From Vicugna vicugna (taxonomy: Eukaryota), in assembly GCA_013265495.1 (NCBI GenBank), contig MU058584.1, positions 3,042,508 through 3,106,507 of the forward strand: a stretch of 64,000 nucleotides of DNA, read 5' to 3'. Each line of letters opens with the position of its first letter. The stretch's first letter is position 1. A model generated the notes under the pieces. It had not been told where the DNA came from, did no database searches, and worked only from the letters and a program-made list of their open reading frames with translations. The position numbers and the translations under genes are program-made. Below, one piece after another: positions 51,747-64,000 of this stretch.

Positions 51747-53795
51747 TCTACTTTATAGTTTATACATTTACATACTATTGGAATTTTTCCAGCAAGAATG
51801 TATTACTTCAAAAATTAGAGGAAAAAAATGTGATAAGAGGTTCCATTAGGGGAAAAATATGACACTAGGAGAAAAATATAATTCAAGTAGATGTCCCTCC
51901 CATAGAGCAGACTTTCATACCATAATATGTTCACAAATAATATTAAAAAAGGGAATCACATGACTATAAGGCAGCATTACTACTGTTAGAAATTGCTACC
52001 TTTCTTTCTTTTTTTTTAATTGAGGTATAGTTGATTTACAATACTACATAAGTTTCGAGTGTACAACACAGTGATTCACAATTTTTAAAGATTATACTCC
52101 ATTTAGAGTTATTATAAAGTGCTGGTTATATTTTCCACAGGTATTTCTTAGTCAATTTCATTAGACTCCATCTGCACGTAAGACTAAGGAATAAAATCAA
52201 ATGCTGAACTTTAAGCAAAGCAGGGTTCAAATTCTTTACCGTCATCACACAATAAAGCCAAGACCAACAGGAATAGCTACACACACACACACACACACCA
52301 CTAACTTATAAAAATATTATTCAAAAAAATCAGACTATGAGAAAAATAAGAGGTAAAGCATCAAATTAAAAAAAATACATATATAGATGAGTACTTAAGC
52401 AGCTGCACACTGCCCAGAATGTGACAAATTTAAGAATATTTCAGTTGTACCAATGGAACTTACTAGATAACTATAAAGTCTTTCAGTGTTTGGTCTACTT
52501 GGTAATCCATGGTGATATATACCCAAGAAATGAGAGAAAGCATGGCAGTGAAAAAGAATACTGAGTTTAGAATTTTAAGTTAGAAATTATGAGACTTCTG
52601 GATACTCTGGGCAAATTATTTAATCTCCCAAAGGTCCTCTTCTGCTCTAGAGGTCTATGATTTTAGTAATCATTAGTTAACTGGAAATTCTGTATTAAAA
52701 CCATTTTGGGCAGTCTCTCTAGTCCCTCACCTAGGTAAAAATAACCACTCCCTTCTTTCCCCTACTACACACACACGCACACACGCACACACATCTATTA
52801 TAACATCCATTTATTTGTTTATCTGTCTTTTCTTCCTGTAAAATTTTGATATTACTAAGGGCAGGAACACAGCTTATTTGTTATATTCTGATACCCAGCA
52901 CAAGCCTGGCACAAAGTAGCCCTTAACAGGTAGTAAGAGAAGGACAGACTGGAGGTGGGGGCAGGGGCTGAGTACAAGGAGAGGCAGAGGGACAGACAGA
53001 AATGAAGCAGGGAGGAAAAACAGGAGAAATGGAAGGAAAAGAGTGAGTGAGGACAATTCTAATGGGCGTGGGATAGTTCAGGTGAGCTCTGAAAGGTAAT
53101 AAATGACTGCCTGTCGTCTCTAGATATTTTCCTAGCTTCTGTCAAGAGCAGGACCACAATTACTCAGGTCTGCAACATGCTAGTTTAGACAATAGTAATT
53201 TACCTTATCATTCAACAAAATTACAGTTGTTAAGACTATTTTAAGAGTCAAAACATCTCTATATGACTACCTTCATTCTGAAGCAGTATGCTCCGAAGTA
53301 ACTTAAAACCCAGAGGAATATTAAATTATTTTGAGAGGCCCATAATACCTTAGCCTTTGCCTTATACATAAGGTATCCTCAATATTAAAAGGGTGAAAAA
53401 GTTATCATATAATTGTATTCTATCAAAATTTAACTTCCTTGATTTTGATAATTGGATGGAGGTTAAGTAAGAGAATATCCATGTTCTTCGGAAATACACA
53501 CTTTAGCAGTTACGGATAAAGGCGCATGAAGCCTACAACAAACTCTTGAATGATTAAGAAAAATATACAAACGATGTATTAATGAGTACATATATGATAC
53601 GGAGAAACAGAGAAAAATAGAAAGAAATGAGGCAAAAAATTCACAATTGTGAATCTGGATAATGAATATACTATTCTTGCAACTTTTCTATAAATTTGAA
53701 ATATCAAAATAAAGTATTACTAAAAAAGTTTGAAGCTCACATACACACACACATAGAGCAATAGTTAGATAAAAATGATACAAAAGGATACTCAC

Positions 53796-53863
53796 ATAGA
53801 ATTAAACATTCCCATTAGGGCAGTAAAGCAAAAGCCAATTGCAAACATGGACTTCATTCGAAC
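53796..53863 (-). CDS. TMCO1: TMCO1 coding exon 5
   Basis: VRMKSMFAIGFCFTALMGMFNS(I); ttccag|GTT...TCTAT|gtgagt; 68 nt; AT+A completes the Ile codon with exon 6. Confidence 0.97.
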
Positions 53864-53984
53864 CTGGAAGGAGACCAACAAATTGTCATTTCACGTGAAA
53901 GACAAACCAGCACTAAAGCATACCCCAAAAGTTTTGGTTTCATGTCCTTTTTAAAAAGTGCTCCTTGGCAAAAAGCTATTTATT

Positions 53985-54480
53985 AGCTAACCCACCCTCT
54001 ACCTCCAAGGCTTCCTCTCCTTGCTACCTTCCGATGAATAGTATTGAGGTGACCATGTGACCCAATTCCAGCCAGTAAGTTATAAATACAAGTACTAGCC
54101 AGGACTTTTTAAAGGGACAAACTTGAATATATATATTTTTTAATTACATAAATTTAAACTGGCAGACATTTAAACATCTGTGATTAGAATTTTTTTTTTT
54201 AACATTTTAAAGGGACAAACTTGGTCAGCAACCCTTTAGGCTTTCTGCCTGGCCTTCTTGTCCAGAATGAAGAACACGATGCCTGACAGAAAAGCATCAT
54301 CCAACAGCCAAACGACTGTAAAGTAAGGCAGGCCAGCCTGACTCCTTAATGACGTTACTGTGATGCCACCCAGCCCACGAGGACTACCGAGCCCTGCACT
54401 TCTCGAGCAAGTAGCAAAACCATTACATGTTTAAAATATTGTTTGTTAAATATCCTGTTACTTGCAGCTAACTTTTTTCT
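53985..54480 (+). mobile_element. Old MaLR LTR (MLT1-like) with an internal insertion
   Basis: ggtgaccatgtgacccaattccagcca...ggactaccgagccctgcacttct...ctgttacttgcagctaa. Confidence 0.65.
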
Positions 54481-55304
54481 TAATTACATATACCATAAAA
54501 ATATAAACAAACCAAAGATCATAAAGATATAAGATTAACAGTTTATCAGCAATTTTTATCCCTCGTTTCTGTAGTTTTCAAATCTGGTCTCATGAACTTA
54601 TAGTGATTGAGAAAACAGAATAGCTTTTTAAAAAAAATGCACTTCTAAATTATAATCTCTCTTAATAAGCGTTTCGAGAAATAGAAGATAAAATAATACA
54701 GCAAAGGTCTCTCGGTAAGCAAAAGACAACTGTTGCACAGTTCATGTGTCCTATGTTAAATATCCAGAAATTAAGTAGAAAAATTAGTCAAGCCACATAA
54801 TTAGCCTACCTATGCCTCAGAAAAATAGGCTTGAACAAACACTCCTCTTTATAAATAATGAGTAAATGGCTAATAAAATCACTTACACTTTATGATGTGC
54901 CTGGCCCTCAGAACAAAAGACTTCTTAAAGAGCAAAGGCCACAATGTAGGCCACCTATAATGCCAGGTCACCATAAAACCAAAGACTCAGCAATAGCGTG
55001 AGGAAGAAAAAGAAAATAAGCTATTTCATTTGAAAACATAAAAGGAAGCTAATAAAAACTGTGTTAAAAGGGACAAATTATGACCTCTGAGACAGCCTAA
55101 AAAAGCTATTTATATTACCAACATGAAGCTTCAGCCCAGAAGCATATTTTCATGTCTGCTTGGCCCAGGAACACTCATGACACTATAAACGGCCTGAATA
55201 AACTATAAATTTCTGAAAAGGTAAGTGCAGTGTACTTGATGCAAATCAGGGTCTTTTGCTGAAAAACACATGGTTTATGATGAAGTTATATTTAGGACTC
55301 TTAC

Positions 55305-55351
55305 CATTGATAGATCTCTGTTGTTATTCTTCAGTTTCTCTTCTTGCCTCT
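55305..55351 (-). CDS. TMCO1: TMCO1 coding exon 4
   Basis: (E)RQEEKLKNNNRDLSM; tctttgcag|AG...ATG|gtaaga; 47 nt. Confidence 0.96.
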
Positions 55352-57053
55352 CTGCAAAGAATCAATGAACCGGTTAATACACATAGCGCTGAGCACAAAG
55401 CAGATGTTAAACTGTCACTGACTGTGACTACAGAAGCCCTCTGGCCTCGGTATCACTCAACAAGATTAGCTGCAAACCTGGAATACTGTATGCTTTGTAC
55501 TAACAGAAAATTCAAATGCTGCAGAGCACCAAAAGATTTCATTTTAAATTAAAAATCTTTAAAGTTTAATTTTTTAAAAATTACCTCTGGTACTAAGTGC
55601 CTTAAGTCTATACATTAAGATACACTCTTATATTACATCAATGGGAAGTGTAACCATAATGACTGTACTTAGGTTTCAAATATTAATTACCCATCTCTCA
55701 AGTTTTTCCTCTCTTTCAGTTTCTTTGAGAGCAGAGTCTAAAAGTTAAAAGCCAATTAAGATGAACTTAAGATTCAAGTTCTTTCCTATTACAGTCTACT
55801 CAATTGAAAAATAAGCATAATTTCATAGTTCAGGCACTGAGAAAGCTAGGAAACTTGACAAATATCGCAAGGGAATTGTTATATACACCGAAGTCTCAGC
55901 TGTACATTAATGCCCTTAGTTTACTGTACTCCATCAACATAAGGGACTTCATTGTTGCACCTATGAAGAAACTGAAGCCTAGCAAAGGAGAAGTGACTTC
56001 TCAGAGACCACCCAAGTCTTGTATGGCAAAGCCAGGACTAGAACCCAAGTTTCCTGGCTCCTAACCCAATGATCTCCATACATACTAGGCTACTGCTTTC
56101 TCTGATCATGTATTTTTATCACCAGGATCAATTTATTCAAGAAATACTTACTGATTACATATATACATATGCCAAGCACTTTTCTGAGCACTAGGGATAA
56201 ATGAATGAATAAGACATACACAAATCCCCACTCTCATAGAAGATTATGAAATAATATAATACCGTCTAAAACAAAAAAAAATCCCACTGGAATACATTAA
56301 ACTGGTGTGAGGGCTGACAAATTCAGGCAGGTAAAGGAAAGGGAGGAACAAGAACAGGCCCACAGGAACTGCGGACTGGACTGCAGTTTCCAAACAGTAC
56401 ATGGTGGGATGAACATGCGACCCCTTGTCCTGAACGGTTCCTGTCCAGTGCGTTCTCCCTGGGAGGAAAGGATACAGGCAGGAGAGAGTGGGGATGGTGA
56501 AGACATATGGAAGAAAATGAACAAAATGGGAGTTTGAGGATTAGGGTAAGAGATAACTAGAAGGTAAACAGACATAAAACTAGAAGTTCTGGGTTAAAGG
56601 ACTACCACCGAGACATCAAAAGAAAAGGTACAGAAAAGCATCTGTTAGAGACTTTGGCACATCCTTGACTCCCTAATCTCTCATCCAAACACCAAGTCTT
56701 ATTAATTATACCTCATAAACACTTGTGAAATCAGCCTCCCCTCCTCCTTACTACCACTTCCTTAGTTAGGATTTCTAACATCTCTTACCTGTCAGATGTA
56801 CCAACAAGGCAAAACTGAACAAAATCAGGATGCTCCCCAGCTTAAAATCCTTCCACGCTTTTTCATCCTTACAAGATCATGTTCCGGTATCACTTACAAG
56901 TCCTGTATCCAGCCTCTGCTTACTTCTGCAACCACATTTCCAACCACTCTCATGAAATTTTATGTTCTTACAACACCGAACAACTTCAAGTTCCTCTATC
57001 CAGGATGCTTTTCTCTTGAGTCAGTGTTTTTATTCACAAAGTCTCTTCTACCT

Positions 57054-57164
57054 TGGGTGACCAACTGTCCCAGTCTTCCCCAGACTGTTCCAGTTCTAGC
57101 TCTGAAAATCTCACATCCCAAGAAACTGCTCGGTCCTAGACCAACTGGGATGGGTGGTTACCCT
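57054..57164. mobile_element. MER81-like hAT MITE
   Basis: Terminal inverted repeats gggtgacca / tggttaccc; about 110 bp. Confidence 0.75.
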
Positions 57165-57281
57165 ACTTCTACCTAGAATGTTTTATCCCACCCCTACCCG
57201 GCCCTTTCCTGGCTAGCCTGTATTCAACTTTTAAGCCTCAGCTTTTGTGTCACTTCCTTTTGAAAATCTTGATTCCTTTGG

Positions 57282-57486
57282 CAATACTGTTCTAAAGAAC
57301 TTTCTACGATTACGAAAATATCCTATAACTATGCCATCAATACAGTAACCACTAGCTACATACAGATACTGAGCAATGAAATGTGACCAAGATGACTGAG
57401 GAACTAAATTTTTGACTTCATTTAATTTTAATTTAAATTTTAAAACAGTCAAACGTAGCTAGAGGCTGCTGTATTGGACAATGCAG
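57282..57486. mobile_element. MER3-like hAT MITE
   Basis: gtaaccactagctaca...gactgaggaactaaattttt...gtagctagaggctgctgtattggaca. Confidence 0.8.
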
Positions 57487-58646
57487 TCTAAGACACTGGC
57501 TTAGAAGTCCTCTATTTTGCCTCCTTCATCTTTGTATCCTCAGTAACTGGCATGTAGTTAGTTGCTCACTATTGAGGTATATGCTCAATATTGCTTCATG
57601 AATGAATTGGCAATATAATAAAAGCTGATCTGAAGATAATAGTTCACCAAAAGTCCCTTTCCAGGGACAGCAGTCCTTCACGATAAAGCTGGTGGCCTGA
57701 ATAGGCACATAAAGCCCAAAAAGGCTGAAAGTAAACTAAAGTGACATAGTTTTTCTGAAATTCTATTCTACTCCCCCCGCCTTTGGAAAGATTGATTGAT
57801 TGATTGATTGATTGAAGTTCTGTCAGTTACAATGTGTCAATTTCTGGGGTGGAGCACAATGTCCAGGTCATGCATACACATACATATATTCATTTTCATA
57901 TTCTTCCTCATCAAAGGCTATTACAAGATATTGAATATAGTTCCCTGTGCTATATAGAAGATATCTGTTTTGTATCTATTTTTATATATAGTGGGTAACA
58001 ACAACAACAAAAAAAACAAAGTTTAATACCCAAACAGAAACTGTAACCATAAGTAGCATCCAGGTAGACCATGTATGCATGGCTTACCCAGAATAGAGCA
58101 GTACAGGTTTACGACACATTCCAACACTACTGTACATGGTTTCTGAAGATTTTTCAATTCACATTGCTATTAAATGCCTATCATATATAAAAAGTAGGTT
58201 TCGCTGGTTTCAAGTAATCCAGAAATAAGTTAATGTTTACTTGGTTTTGGAGGGGGTGAAAGAAACACAGTCAAGTTTCTCAGATGTCTGCCTTCACTTC
58301 TGACTTGCTCTCGTAGACTCACAGCACAGCACCATCAGCTACACAAGATCTAGGTAGATGGTACAGCAGAAGTGAAGACTAATTCTTAGCACAAGTATTT
58401 TACTCATGGATGAATAACAGGTGACTGTGTCTGAGGTGACCTGAAAAGTGTACGTTATATACTCCAGTGGTTTCATTTTTCAATAGGGACCATTTCCAGT
58501 AAAATAGAACAAAAAAGATATTATATAAAAAGGTAAAGTTGGTTTAAAAAAAAACCCTCTGTAAAAAAAAAAGGAGGGGAGCAAAAAGTAGAACAGAATA
58601 AAGGAACAACAAACTAGACAGGTATATTTAACAGGGAAATATTACA

Positions 58647-58840
58647 CACTTGATCCTTGAACAACATAGGCTTGAACTGCACGGGTCCACTCACATGTAG
58701 ACATTTTTCAAAAGTAAGTAATACTACAGTACCACACAGTCTGTGATTGGCTGAATCCAGGGATGCAGAGGAACACCGGATATGACGGTTGACTGTAAAT
58801 TACACACAGATTAACCCCAAAGTTGTTCAAGGGTCAACGA
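58647..58840. mobile_element. Tigger2/MER8-like Tc1-mariner MITE
   Basis: TIRs ttgatccttgaacaac / gttgttcaagggtcaa; internal ttgaactgcacgggtccact. Confidence 0.85.
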
Positions 58841-61615
58841 CACAAGCAAAGTTTTGTCTGAAATGAACCTGATCTTTTTAATTGGTAAGAAATGCTTAGA
58901 TGCCTCAACTGGCATAAACACTATAAAGAACTTATTAGAAGCCCTAGACAATGTAAGGGTCTTCAGAAATCCAAAAACGGCCATTTGGGAAAGAGCAAAT
59001 CTAATCTAATGGAAGTGTTACCAATAGGGAAGCAATTTAGGTACTCCCCCCAGTTATGAACAATAAACTTGTAAAGGTCTCCATAAAGCCAGTTAGCTTC
59101 ATATGCTCCCTTCCTCCCCACAAATGAATGATGCCTTTAAATAACTGCTAGAAGAAATGCATAATCTAAAGTTTCTCCGTTTTCATTTTCCTTCCTTCCT
59201 AGCTTAGTTAACTGCATCTCAGATGCTTCTATTTGCTCACTCTCACTACTCATGCTTTTTACCTTCTTTTTTTTTTTTTTAGGTCTTAGAAAATTATTAC
59301 ACTTTTTATCTCTCTTCCATTATGACCACCAAACCCTGACTCTAATAATTGCTAGACAAAGATTTGTCTTAATTATTCATTATCATTATTTTAAAATATA
59401 AGGTTCAAGTTTTGCAAGGATATCCTGTTACACAATGAGAAATGAAATGTTTGAGTTCTTAAAAATATTTAAAACATCCTCTTAGAGTTTCTGTCTCTCA
59501 TATTCCAATCAAATCTACTTTCCTTTAAGCCTCAATGATTTAAATTAATTTTTAAATGTCATTTCATATCCAATTTTGCTTTTAATCACCAGCAATACCA
59601 AAAAAAAACACAAAACAAAACACAAAACCAACCATTGTCCCTAAATATAAAGTTTTTATGTTACATTATGGGTTAAATAAGCTTATGAAGACTGATTTGT
59701 CAATACAACCACCATGTAATACATGGTTAAATGAGAATAATCCAATTTCTAATAAACTGCATTGAAAAAAGTATCTTTTTTTTAAAGAAGCTGATTTTTC
59801 CCTTAACAAGAAACTTTGTTTCCCCAGGTGAATAATTTCTGGGAGAGCTACATTAATAGCTGAAATAAGTGCCAACCATTTATTTTGAAATGATGACTTA
59901 CACTGTTTATTAGCAAGAACTGAATATTTGAGCATAATGCTTCATGTAATTAGAAGAATGGTTTTGACCGAGATGATGCAATAAATGCTAGCTATTCCAC
60001 TGCTTGAAATGCTTAACTTCCAGTACCCCAAATAGTTGAATTCATTGAAATAAGTATAAGTGGCTGGCTCTCTCTATTGCTCTGTTAGCCCTTAACTGTT
60101 AGTGGTTAACTAGTATAAGTCTTCTCAAAAAGTTGTCTCTTGGTCCCAAAAAGGTAGGGAAGTCATTGTCTCAGTCTAATGTTATGTCCATCTTGGTAGT
60201 GTGTTACTTGAAAGTATAGCTAGTGAACTTTTCTCCTAAGGTTCACTCAACATCTCCTAAGAGACAACTCAACATCTAGAAGCTCAAGATTCCCAAGATG
60301 CGTGTGCTTCCCAATCCATCTTTCAACTGTTAGTTTGACTCAGGAGGGTGAAAATGTGTGTCTAAAACCTTCTACACCTTCCTTGAAGATCTAGAATTTA
60401 AAGGTGCCTAGTGCTGGAAATAAACAGCATACATCATTCAGTGTACACTTGTCCTGGGTGAACTATTTTTTTCTATACACCATCCAGAACCTCAGGATTT
60501 AATACAGAGGAGAACCATAACTTAGTTCCTCCATGTGGAAGGAATTTTATGCACTCTCTTACTACTGAACTTTTGGAATACAACCTCTATGAAATTTGAG
60601 GAAATTCCACAGAGAGAAGAAACTGGGAGTATGAAGAAGACACATTTATATTCTAGAATGATTCACTATTTCAGATGATAGACAAAGGGAAAAATTTAAA
60701 TTCTAAAAGGGAATACTCAAATAAAAAGAGGCTACATTTTCTTGTAGCTATTGGAATAAACTAGTAGCAATGATGACATCCACTCTGACCACACAGTGAA
60801 CAAACCCCAAGCCAATCTATTACACATTTTTATTTGACAGCATTAGGCTATGTACAACAAAATAATATAATTTAACTAAGAAAGGAACATGTCATCATTT
60901 ACCTTAGTCAATAACCAGTGTTTGTTCTGTCAAAGAATATAAATCAAAGTACTCAGGGGGCAACTGGGTAGTCTGATTCAACCAGTGGTCTGGGAGATGG
61001 AGAACATTTTCAAACAAGGAAGAGATGATCAAATTAGCAGATATTTCTCTATACATTAAAAGAATAATGTATTCCATGGCAGTTCTATATTCTGAGTTGT
61101 CTTGAATGGAAGACTAATTATTAATAACACGCTTTCAAAATTTCACGTAGATTGGGAGAAGTAAAATTTAAATGAAATGTCTGATACAGCCTTCTTTTAT
61201 GGAAAATCCAAATAGCATAGACAAAAGGCCTAGAATGAATATATAAATCCAGGGCCCCAAATAAATTAAATTTCAAAAATGTCCTCCCATCTTTCCAAGT
61301 CACTAAGAAAGGAGATACACACCCATTCAGTGAAGCTTCAGAAAGCCTGCCCTCCCTTCCCTGGCCACTTCTTGGGGATATCTGCCTCTCACCATGGTCT
61401 TTGCTGAGGTTCAACCTTATGAAAATTCCTAACACCCCCTGCCCTGCCACTACTGTCCCAAAAGGTAGCCAATCCATAGGCTTTCCCATGACCTGTGGTG
61501 TGAAAAGATGAGCTGAGCTCACTGGAATTCCTTCTTTCAGGAATTTAGACCAGGAAACCTTGGGAAAGCAAGTCATTTAACTGTGGGAGCAGAAACAGAC
61601 AAATTATAATGTAGC

Positions 61616-61802
61616 ACTGCCTCTCAAACTTTATTTAAGAATTACCTAGGCAGCTTATTTAAAAAGTAGGCAGCGGGATCCCACGCCCAGAGATTCTGAT
61701 TCCGTAAAGTCTGGGAGTAAAACTCAAAACCCTTCACTTATGACAAGCATCTCAAGCAATACTGACATCGGCGGCCCAGAGAGCACATCATGAGTAATAC
61801 GG
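61616..61802. mobile_element. MER5-like hAT MITE
   Basis: ctctcaaactt...cccagagattctgattccgtaaagtctggg...acaagcatctcaagcaatactga. Confidence 0.7.
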
Positions 61803-62569
61803 ATGTAGAAAGGACCGCAGGACACAAGCCAAAGTTAGGTGCGACGAAGCCCAAGTGGAGAATCTGAGCAAAGGGAAAGTAAGGTTGCATAGTAACAAAA
61901 CTGTAGATAAGGCCAATCTACAGAAATACATTTAATTGGTCTTATAAAGTTGTTGGTGATGAACAGCAAATCTGACAGCGGCCAGTTCAAAGCGGGAGGC
62001 AGGGAGGGGGGAACCGTCATTTCAGACACAGTGTCAACAAGATTAAAAAAAAATCAATTATTTATGAGAATCACTGCTTTTCTCGAGGCTGAGAACTCTA
62101 GAAAGTTTCCATAATTTCTCGTCAAAGGAGTATTGTGTGATGTTGTTGGTAATGTTCTCAAAAGCATTCCATAGTAGTACTACAATAAATTGTATCTGGC
62201 TGAGCTTTTCATGAGAGGCCTAACAGGGTAAATGTCAAGGCGAAAATAGAGTAGAAGAAACTTTATGAAATCCAACTTAACCCAAGTTTAGGTTTACAGA
62301 TTTCTGATAGTCTGGCTTAATTTAAGAGTAAAATTTCTAAATCTATAGGATAGGTAGGATGTTTGTCCTTTAAACAACTCCTAATAAATATTACGTCTTG
62401 TAACACCTGATAAGATTGCTTTTTCCTGATAAGATTTTGATAAGCAACTCTTCATAAATATTATTTCTTTACCTTCTGATGACATTCTGCTGAGCACACA
62501 ATTTAAGGTTGCAATCCATGTTAAGATAATTTGAGTTTAGATACTTTGTGTTGTCAACTTAAGGGCAGA

Positions 62570-63690
62570 GGGTAATGTCTCCTCCATGTTTGTATCTTCC
62601 CTATCCTTTACAGCAAAGCCACTTGAAAGAACTGTCCATGTTCCATGTCTTCACTTCCTCACCAAGCATTATCTTCCTAATCTATACAATCTGGCTTCTG
62701 TCCCCCATTATGCCACTGAAATCCTTCTTGCTAAATCACCAGTTATCTTCGTTTTGCCTTTGAGATACTTAACACACACCTTCCAACCTTTCCTGCCCCG
62801 AGAGTCTCCCCTCAACGTCTGTAACACAATTCCTTTCCAACTTCTCTGGCAATATATTTGCAGAGCTCCACTTCTTCTCGGACCCTTTAAATTTCTATGT
62901 TTCCTCAAGACTCTCCAACTCAGCCCTTTACTTGTCTTACTCTATATCGTCTCCCTGTGTGATCTCATTTACCTTGTAGACTCAATTACTATTTATAAGC
63001 ATATGACTCTAAAATCTATTCGGAGCCTTTATCTCTCTGCCAGCCCCAAACCATACATCCAACAAAAACTTTCCACCCTATGTCATCCAGGCACTACAAA
63101 TCCAACATGCTCAAACCTGAAATCATCCTCTCTTTTCTTCCCCAGCCTAATCTGTTACTCCTCCAATACTCCCTCTCCTAATGAGAAATCTGGGTTTCTT
63201 GCCAGACTCATGCCTCTCTCCGTACCCTACGTCTAAAATGTCAAGTCCTGTTACATCTACCCCCTCTATATCTACTGAATCTGTACCACCTCTCCATTCC
63301 CACTGCCAACACCTAAATTCAGGTTCTTGCCATTTTTATGTCTGGGATACTTAAAAAGCTTCATAACTTCCCTACCTCCAAAATGATCCCCACTCTGATT
63401 TATCCTCCAAACTACTGCCAGAGTTGTTCTCCTCAAAATCTGACTTCAAACCTCTGTCTGAATCCCTGAATGGTAATGGGAAGCCTTCTGGATACAAGTT
63501 AATCTCTTTACCTTGGTTTATTTAATAGGGACCTTTATGAACTAGGCCCTACTTACTTCTCTAGTCTTGTCTGCCTGGACTTTACACATACCTTCTTTAA
63601 TTTGTTAAACTAAACTATAGTTCCAGACACACACCTTGCTATTTGATCCTCCTCTGCTTTTACATATGCCTATCCTTCTGCCTAGAATAA
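62570..63690 (+). mobile_element. L2 remnant
   Basis: Pyrimidine-rich L2-type motifs (acagcaaagccacttgaaagaactgtc; ccaacatgctcaaacctgaaatcatc; ccactgccaacacctaaattcagg). Confidence 0.8.
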
Positions 63691-63699
63691 TTAAGGCTT

Positions 63700-63960
63700 A
63701 AAAATGTGGATTCAAAAGCTATAAATGAGCAGGTTCAAATCCCCTCTTTACCACTGACTTAATTCCATCATACCACTGGATGTACAATTCTGAAATCATT
63801 CATGACACTGAATGACCCAGAGCAAGTTATTTAACTTAAACCTCAACTTTCTCATCTCTAAAAATGAGGTAACACCAGTCACTACTACATACAATTAAGA
63901 GAATTTAAAAATTTGTAAAGTGTTAACCTGTGTGTTGCAGGCGGTAAGTACTTAATAAAC
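63700..63960 (+). mobile_element. MIR
   Basis: ggttcaaatcccc...gcaagttatttaactt...ttctcatctctaaaaatgagg. Confidence 0.7.
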
Positions 63961-64000
63961 ACCGACCAGAATTTTATTTACTTACATTTTTATTTCGCTA

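Noticed and set aside
59711..59727. Palindrome ACCATGTA-a-TACATGGT
   Set aside because: 8-bp arms are near chance expectation; poor match to a p53 site
62586..63236. Longest ORF in the track (216 aa)
   Set aside because: Lies within a degenerate L2 remnant, has no recognisable domain and is antisense within a TMCO1 intron
1..64000. CRISPR array or prokaryotic-type system
   Set aside because: No repeat-spacer arrays or operon-like ORF clusters; sequence is mammalian throughout

Overview
Mammalian genomic DNA, almost certainly camelid (alpaca/camel group), judged from nine copies of a tRNA-derived SINE matching the camelid vic-1 type. Two genes lie in tandem on the minus strand. ALDH9A1 contributes its 5' end: CpG-island promoter, coding exon 1 (8098-7990) and exon 2 (6208-6063), and it continues beyond position 1. 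TMCO1 contributes its 3' part: exons 4-7 at 55351-55305, 53863-53796, 46604-46460 and 31662-31564, with a poly(A) signal near 31120; exons 1-3 were not found in the window. All six exons have canonical GT/AG boundaries at their internal junctions and consistent phases. The rest is intronic or intergenic and dense in interspersed repeats (SINE, L1, L2, MIR, MaLR/ERVL LTRs, hAT and Tigger MITEs). Nearly all ORF-track entries are spurious. I found no evidence for a new multi-gene system. The most interesting observations are a presequence-like ALDH9A1 N-terminal extension lacking its AUG, a 44-bp Z-DNA-type tract in the promoter, two L1 copies sharing a non-canonical 3' tail, several structurally odd insertions, and repeat-free candidate enhancer blocks. 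Repeat family names are from recognition by eye and need RepeatMasker/Dfam confirmation.
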